Assembly (NCBI GenBank): GCA_024278215.1
Contig: JAJRTR010000011.1
Location: 25,583-89,582 of the forward strand
Source: a bacterium
Lineage (GTDB): Bacteria; UBP15; UBA6099; JAJRTR01
DNA length: 64,000 bases
Direction: 5' to 3'
Part shown: positions 58,738 through 64,000 of the stretch, one piece after another
Layout of the letters: the number at the start of each line of letters is the position of its first letter
How positions within the stretch are numbered: position 1 is the stretch's first letter
Notes under the pieces: model-generated
Seen by the model: the letters and a program-made list of their open reading frames with translations, nothing else
Database searches by the model: none
Told to the model about the DNA's origin: nothing
Made by a program: the position numbers and the translations under genes

Positions 58738-59337
58738 ATGGCAAGAAGACAGAAAATCAGAATCCTTATCGTTGACGACAACAAGCCGTTCACCAACGTA
58801 GCCCAGTCGTTTCTGGAACAGAAGAATCACATTGTGAAAGTTCTGAACCATCCTGGGAAAGCGCTGGATATGCTGAAAAAGGAAAACTTCCACATCCTGC
58901 TTCTCGACCTTAAGATGCCTGACCAGAGCGGCGAGGAACTCCTCGATAAAATCCGCAAGCAGGATCCACACCTGTGTGTGATCGTTGTCACCGGATATCC
59001 TTCTGTTGAATCCGCACTGTCAACAATGAAACTGAAGGCGTTCGATTATCTACAGAAACCGTTCGACATGAACGTCCTGGCGGAAGTGATCGACAAGGCG
59101 GTCTACGAACTGGGCATATACACGGACCCGGAAGAAGAGTTGAAGAGAGCGATCGGCACAAAGCTGAGGCAACTTCGCAAAGATGCCAGCTACACGTTAA
59201 AGAACCTGTCCACAAAAACCAGTCTTTCACAGAGCCTGATCTCGAAGATCGAACTGGGGAACACCTCGGCTTCAATCGCCACACTGCTCAAGCTGGCCAA
59301 TGCGCTCAATGTGCCAATCAAAGTTTTCTTCGAGTAA
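58738..59337 (+). CDS. Response regulator with C-terminal XRE-family helix-turn-helix (REC + HTH_XRE)
   Basis: REC ([10 protein letters not shown]...DLKMPDQSG...QKPF). Cro/C1-type HTH ([37 protein letters not shown]). Confidence 0.7.
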   Translation: MARRQKIRILIVDDNKPFTNVAQSFLEQKNHIVKVLNHPGKALDMLKKENFHILLLDLKMPDQSGEELLDKIRKQDPHLCVIVVTGYPSVESALSTMKLKAFDYLQKPFDMNVLAEVIDKAVYELGIYTDPEEELKRAIGTKLRQLRKDASYTLKNLSTKTSLSQSLISKIELGNTSASIATLLKLANALNVPIKVFFE

Positions 59338-59360
59338 TAACCGAGCGGGTTTTATATCGC

Positions 59361-59394
59361 CGACAAACCCACAAACCTGTTTGTGGGTTTGTCG
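59361..59394. terminator. Bidirectional intrinsic-terminator-like hairpin between convergent genes
   Basis: Perfect 16-bp inverted repeat cgacaaacccacaaac / gtttgtgggtttgtcg with flanking T/A runs. Confidence 0.6.
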
Positions 59395-59397
59395 CAA

Positions 59398-60945
59398 TTA
59401 TGAAGCGCGGTCGGCCTGCCGCCGGCCGGTTGCGCATGACATGATCTTTTCCTGGGTGGCGTCCTCGCGTGAGAATTCGCCGGTTATCGTGCCCTCGTGC
59501 ATGACGAGTATACGGTCGCTCATGCCCAGCACTTCGGGCAAGTCGGATGAAATCATAATGATGCAGACACCCTGCTCGACAAGCTTGTTCATTATCTGGT
59601 ATATCTCGAACCTCGCGCCTACATCCACGCCGCGAGTGGGTTCGTCGAGTATCAGGATTTTCGGTTTGTTGGCGAGCCATTTGCTTATAACGACCTTCTG
59701 CTGATTGCCCCCGCTGAGCGTATTGACAATCACGTTCTGCCCGCTGGTTTTTATATTCAGTTCGTGTATATATTTGTCGACGAGTTTTTTTTCCTCTCCG
59801 GGTTTTATTATTTGCGAAGCGGAGACTTTGTCGAGCGCGGCGAGCGATGTGTTCTCTTTCACGCTCATAATGAGAACGAGCCCGAAGCGCTTGCGGTCTT
59901 CCGTGACGAGTCCGATGCCGCTTCTGATGGCATGTTGCGGATTTTTTATGTCGACCTGTTTCCCCTCGATAAAAAGCTTGCCTGCCGTGTTTGCGGGGAA
60001 AGCGCCGAACATGGCGGTCACAATCTCCGAGCGGCCCGACCCCATGAGGCCGGCCATGCCGAGTATCTCACCTTTGTGTGCTGTGAACGATACATTCTCG
60101 ACGATCTTTTCGCCGGGAAGGAACGGATTCGCGACATACATGTTTTCGACCCGGACGGCCTCTTCGCCGATTTCGGCATTTCTGTCGGGATAAAGTTGTG
60201 TGAGTTCGCGCCCGACCATGAGCGAAACAAGTCGGTCGTTGTCCAGTTCGCTCACTGGTAATGTCGCGACCGTTTCTCCATCGCGCAGCACAGTGGCGCT
60301 GTCGCATATCTCGAAAATCTCGTCGAGTTTGTGGGAGATATAGATCATGGTGACACCGCGTTTTTTCAAGTCGCGGATAATTTCAAAAAGGGTCTTGATC
60401 TCCATTTCCGTCAGGGCGCTGGTGGGTTCGTCGAGCACAAGTATGTCCGAGCTCACCGAGAGAGCTTTTGCGATCTCGACCATCTGCTGCCTGCCCACCG
60501 AAAGATCTTTTATGAGCGCGGAGGTCGAAATATCTATGTTAAAGGAAGAGATGAGTCCGGCTGCTTCCTCGTTCATTTTTTTTCTGTCGATGAAGCTGAG
60601 CGGTGGTTTTACCGGTTCACGACCAAGGAAAATATTTTCCGCGACAGTGAGTTCCGGTATCAGGTTTAGTTCCTGGTGGATGATCGAAACGCCTGCTTTC
60701 TCTGCTTCGCGTGTGCCGGAAAAGCGGCGTAGTTCGCCTTTGATTATCAGTTCGCCATCATAAGACGGGTACGGATGCACGCCGGAGAGCACTTTCATAA
60801 GAGTGGATTTGCCTGCGCCGTTTTCGCCCACGAGCGCGTGCACCTCGGCTTTCACCGCGCTGAAAGTCACATTTTTCAGCGCGATCACACCCGGAAACTT
60901 TTTCACAATTCCCTTCATTTCGAGAACTGTATCCTGCTGTGCCAT
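59398..60945 (-). CDS. Sugar-type (CUT2-like) ABC transporter ATP-binding protein with duplicated NBDs
   Basis: Two nucleotide-binding domains (GENGAGKST Walker A; LSGGNQQK signature). 515 aa. No permease or binding-protein gene adjacent in the window. Confidence 0.75.
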   Translation of the reverse strand: MAQQDTVLEMKGIVKKFPGVIALKNVTFSAVKAEVHALVGENGAGKSTLMKVLSGVHPYPSYDGELIIKGELRRFSGTREAEKAGVSIIHQELNLIPELTVAENIFLGREPVKPPLSFIDRKKMNEEAAGLISSFNIDISTSALIKDLSVGRQQMVEIAKALSVSSDILVLDEPTSALTEMEIKTLFEIIRDLKKRGVTMIYISHKLDEIFEICDSATVLRDGETVATLPVSELDNDRLVSLMVGRELTQLYPDRNAEIGEEAVRVENMYVANPFLPGEKIVENVSFTAHKGEILGMAGLMGSGRSEIVTAMFGAFPANTAGKLFIEGKQVDIKNPQHAIRSGIGLVTEDRKRFGLVLIMSVKENTSLAALDKVSASQIIKPGEEKKLVDKYIHELNIKTSGQNVIVNTLSGGNQQKVVISKWLANKPKILILDEPTRGVDVGARFEIYQIMNKLVEQGVCIIMISSDLPEVLGMSDRILVMHEGTITGEFSREDATQEKIMSCATGRRQADRAS

Positions 60946-60973
60946 TTTCCCTCCGTGTAAAACGGTGTCGAAT

Positions 60974-61402
60974 TCAGGGTTTAAAATTGGGGCTTGTGCC
61001 CACCTGCTCCTGGACGATTTGATATATGTCCGCGATCAGGCCGCCGATGAGCGGGAGGTTGACCATGTGTGCCAGAAGGTACATTGTGAGTCCGAGCAGC
61101 ACTGTCATACCGAGCCCGAAACCCAGCCCGCGCGCCAGGCCCCACAGAAAGTTAGTGTACCATATACGGCCCGGCCGGGTCACCATATCGAGATATTCGA
61201 CAAACCGCATTCTTTCCATCATCATCGCCAGTTTGTGCAGGTTGCGCACAGTGTCTGTGTCGAGTTGTACAATCTCCCGGGGCTCCGGAATGGAAAAAGT
61301 GCGTGTCTCGGTGTTCTGGTTTCTATCGCTGTTGTCCGGTATGTGATCAGACAAAAAAATCATCTCCATGCTGAATATATAGTGAACCGGTTGCAAAATC
61401 AA
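60974..61402 (-). CDS. Small hypothetical membrane protein
   Basis: 142 aa with a hydrophobic C-terminal half containing NFLWGLARGLGFGLG. TTG start overlapping the stop of the upstream gene. Confidence 0.4.
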   Translation of the reverse strand: MILQPVHYIFSMEMIFLSDHIPDNSDRNQNTETRTFSIPEPREIVQLDTDTVRNLHKLAMMMERMRFVEYLDMVTRPGRIWYTNFLWGLARGLGFGLGMTVLLGLTMYLLAHMVNLPLIGGLIADIYQIVQEQVGTSPNFKP

Positions 61403-63993
61403 AATATTCCGTGTCCGTTCATAACAGCAGTATATTTCTTATCAACAACCAGGGTGTGGTTGACAAGCCAGTCTTTGAGGAAATCCAGGAACTCCATGCC
61501 GGTAACCGCTGTCCCGGATGAGAACCTTTTCCCGAAACTGTCAATATCCTGCATAAGCCTTTTGTGTTCTTTCGCGTGATAATCCAGGTCGTGGTAGCCG
61601 CATTTTTTCATGAGCGTTTCTTCCCTGCTGAAAAGGAAGCCGGCATATTCGGTGAGTTCGCCGAGCTTACCTATAAAAAAAGACTTGTCGCTCAGGTGTG
61701 TGAAAGCCTCACAGAGATTGTTTACCATCTCGAACAGAACTTTGTGCTGTTCGTCGAGTTCACGGACATTTACACTGTAATCTTTTTTCCAGGCAAAAGC
61801 GAAATGTGCGCCGAAAGCACGCATCCTTTTTTCGAAAGTCTCGAAAAGCTTCCACTGAATATTCGGTATCTCGGCGAGCGCCTCACCGGGAATCCTGAAG
61901 CAGGCGGAGTCCTGCGTTGCCCTGGCCTTGAAAAAACTCGCTGTATCGAAGAGCACACTCTCCTCGCCGACAAAACCGCCGCGGCCAAGTGTTTCGATAA
62001 TCTTGTTTTCGGAATAAACCTGTATCTCACCTTCAGCGATCAGGATCAGTTCCGCGCCGTTGCCGTCGGGCAGCAACTCGCCTTCGCGGAAAACAGTTTT
62101 CTCCATCAGGCGGGCGATCCGGTTCTGCATCGGGTAGGAAACCATTTCGCCGAAGAGCCAGGTGCCGAGCAGGAAGCGCCTGTTCTCGTGTGCCCTCATG
62201 ATGTCGTAGTACATATTGTTGCGCTTCACGAATTCCAGGTAGATGTCGCGCGGTATCTCGATAGCCTGGACATAGCTGTCCGCGCGGAAAGTGCCGCCGG
62301 ACTTATCGCCTCTCATGCCTGAAATTTCACCGGCGAGTGTGCCCGCGGAGAGCATGTTTTTTATAGTTGTCTCCGATTCGATGTACTCGACAACACCCGT
62401 GAGAATAAGATAAATGCGTTTATTGACGGCACCGCGTTTGAGAAGAATCGTGCCGGGATTGAGGTTTATTATCGGGAAGTTAAGGATCGTTCTCAGCTCG
62501 TGGTCGGGCGCTGTGGGGAAGTATGAACGCAGGAAACGAAAAGCAGCCTGCATCTTGTAGTCCTGCCGGGCGGCAATGAGGACATCCTGCGTGCCGAAAG
62601 ATGTGCTCGATCCGATTTCCTTTTCCCTGTCGGTGAGTTCGCGCGCAGTGTGGCTCAACAAGATTTTACCCGATGTATCGTCGATAAAATCTTCGGCCGC
62701 GCCGTGCACAAGACCGCCGCCGATGTCAATCTTCTTGAGGTCGACCGGTACAAGGTACTGCTCTTTGACGCTGTCGAAATATTCCTGCGTTATCCCGCTT
62801 TCGGAGTCATCGCCCGTGATCATGTCGCCAAGTACTTTAAATGAAGCGATGTCGGCCATGTGCGCATAAGTTTTATATCCGTTCTCCCAGAACGAGCGGA
62901 AAAAGAAAATGTTGGTTTCAACAGGATGGGGCGAAAGAACGGGTTTCACTTCGAGCCCGTCGATGTTGTTCCAGACGTCGAACTCCAGGTCGTGTATCTC
63001 GAAATACCTCGAGAAGCGTTCTTCGCTCATGGACATGAGCGCTGATAGCTTTTTAGCAACGGATTCGCGAACAAGCGGAGTAGCGAAATATTTTATCATG
63101 TGGTCGGAACGAACAATCGAAGTGAGACTGGCGAAATGGTCGTCGTGGCAATGGGTATGAAATATGCCGTCGATCTCGCTGACACTGATACCGAGAGCCG
63201 TGAGGCTGTGCATGATATTCGGGCCTGCGTCTATAAGATAAAGCTTTCCCTGAAACGAAATTATACTGCCCATGCAAGGACGTGTGAAGTCCCAGCCGTT
63301 GCCCTCTCCAATGTGTATTACCGAAAAGTACTCTTTTCGTATTTTGTGAAACCCGAGAATGTATGCGGATTCGTATCGCTCACCGCGGGCAAGGTTGAGG
63401 TCCACGGTCATGGACCTGTTGCCGTAATATATTTCGTATACGTTGAACCTTCTTCTGCGTATGAACGCGCCGTCCCTGAGTTCCACTTTTTCTTTGTCTA
63501 CGATTCTCACGTCGAGCAGGTCTTCAGTGCGGCTGATCCTGTCGAATGCAAACTTGATCTTTATGCGCATCATGTCGCGAGCGGCAGGCTCGTGTATGCC
63601 GGTCTTCATTATTTCATCTTTGGAAGTAAGGCCGTAGTTGCCGCGAAAGATGTAAGTGCTCTGCGCTTCGACCTGGTTTTTAATGCCGATCAGCATCGGT
63701 TTGCGGCCCGTGTTATTGGGATGATCCGGAATTATCAACCCCTGCCTGTAGAACATCTGGAGAACCGGGAATTCAGCGAGATTGGAGAAATCGCCTTTCT
63801 GCACCGACACATCCGACAGCAGTATTGCGTTGGGACCTGTTTCGAAGCTGGTGCCGTCTTTTTCTTTCCCCGTGATCAGCCCGCGTTTCATCATATGCTT
63901 CACTATATCCGCCGGGCAACCGCACAGCACAAAAAGATCGATCTCCGGGATGCCGATCCAGTATACACCTGCTGTAAGTTTTATCTTTTCCAT
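61399..63993 (-). CDS. Multi-domain sensor: metallo-beta-lactamase fold + two cyclic-nucleotide-binding domains + C-terminal hemerythrin-like domain
   Basis: MBL motif HTHCHDDH; two cNMP-binding-like segments (one with LAGEISGM, one with GGFVGEESVL); hemerythrin HHE-type His/Glu motifs (DEQHKVLFE, HAKEHKRL). The N-terminus lies at the window edge. Confidence 0.6.
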   Translation of the reverse strand: MEKIKLTAGVYWIGIPEIDLFVLCGCPADIVKHMMKRGLITGKEKDGTSFETGPNAILLSDVSVQKGDFSNLAEFPVLQMFYRQGLIIPDHPNNTGRKPMLIGIKNQVEAQSTYIFRGNYGLTSKDEIMKTGIHEPAARDMMRIKIKFAFDRISRTEDLLDVRIVDKEKVELRDGAFIRRRRFNVYEIYYGNRSMTVDLNLARGERYESAYILGFHKIRKEYFSVIHIGEGNGWDFTRPCMGSIISFQGKLYLIDAGPNIMHSLTALGISVSEIDGIFHTHCHDDHFASLTSIVRSDHMIKYFATPLVRESVAKKLSALMSMSEERFSRYFEIHDLEFDVWNNIDGLEVKPVLSPHPVETNIFFFRSFWENGYKTYAHMADIASFKVLGDMITGDDSESGITQEYFDSVKEQYLVPVDLKKIDIGGGLVHGAAEDFIDDTSGKILLSHTARELTDREKEIGSSTSFGTQDVLIAARQDYKMQAAFRFLRSYFPTAPDHELRTILNFPIINLNPGTILLKRGAVNKRIYLILTGVVEYIESETTIKNMLSAGTLAGEISGMRGDKSGGTFRADSYVQAIEIPRDIYLEFVKRNNMYYDIMRAHENRRFLLGTWLFGEMVSYPMQNRIARLMEKTVFREGELLPDGNGAELILIAEGEIQVYSENKIIETLGRGGFVGEESVLFDTASFFKARATQDSACFRIPGEALAEIPNIQWKLFETFEKRMRAFGAHFAFAWKKDYSVNVRELDEQHKVLFEMVNNLCEAFTHLSDKSFFIGKLGELTEYAGFLFSREETLMKKCGYHDLDYHAKEHKRLMQDIDSFGKRFSSGTAVTGMEFLDFLKDWLVNHTLVVDKKYTAVMNGHGIF

Positions 63994-64000
63994 ATCTGCC

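Noticed and set aside
61385-61401. GAACCGGTTGCAAAATC resembling the MITE terminal inverted repeat
   Set aside because: It is a single partial match embedded in the overlap of two coding regions. There is no second end or internal element sequence, so it is likely chance.
1-64000. Search for CRISPR arrays, tRNA, rRNA and phage or integrase genes
   Set aside because: No regularly spaced direct repeats were seen. No tRNA-like T-loop or acceptor patterns were found in the intergenic regions scanned. There are no rRNA-like stretches and no integrase or transposase ORFs.

Overview
This 64 kb window is a chromosomal segment from a moderately GC-rich bacterium, probably an uncultivated lineage. It is densely coding on both strands.

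- **Minus-strand block, 0.4-17.2 kb:** a complete Wsp-like chemosensory pathway (cheB, MCP, cheW, CheA-REC hybrid, cheR, cheY, REC-GGDEF diguanylate cyclase). Upstream of it sit rpoN, a 1334-aa TPR/Ig-like/acidic membrane protein and a small zinc-ribbon protein.
- **Remainder, mostly housekeeping:** nikR, enoyl-CoA hydratase, a UPF0182 membrane protein, two radical SAM enzymes, yebC-ruvC-ruvA, argG, argH-cdaA-cdaR-glmM, lepB, a DAG-kinase-like gene, exbB-exbD-tonB, glgP, an acyl-CoA dehydrogenase and uvrD.
- **Unusual multi-domain proteins:** a STAS antagonist next to a REC-anti-sigma-kinase fusion; a TonB carrying two Myxococcus-type cysteine-rich repeats; a REC-XRE fusion; an MBL-fold + 2x cNMP-binding + hemerythrin protein; a standalone CHASE2 protein; a tandem redoxin.
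- **Repeat families not explained by genes:** (i) a ~180-bp MITE-like element with terminal inverted repeats GAGCCA(A/G)TTGCAAAATT, three full copies with 4-5 bp flanking direct repeats plus internally deleted or solo-end derivatives; (ii) a REP-like 23-bp palindrome CCCGCATTTGTGAAATATGCGGG in at least 5-7 intergenic sites, always just past a stop codon.
- **Other:** a ~150-nt nested-hairpin intergenic element at 41.1-41.3 kb.

No rRNA, tRNA or CRISPR array was recognised.
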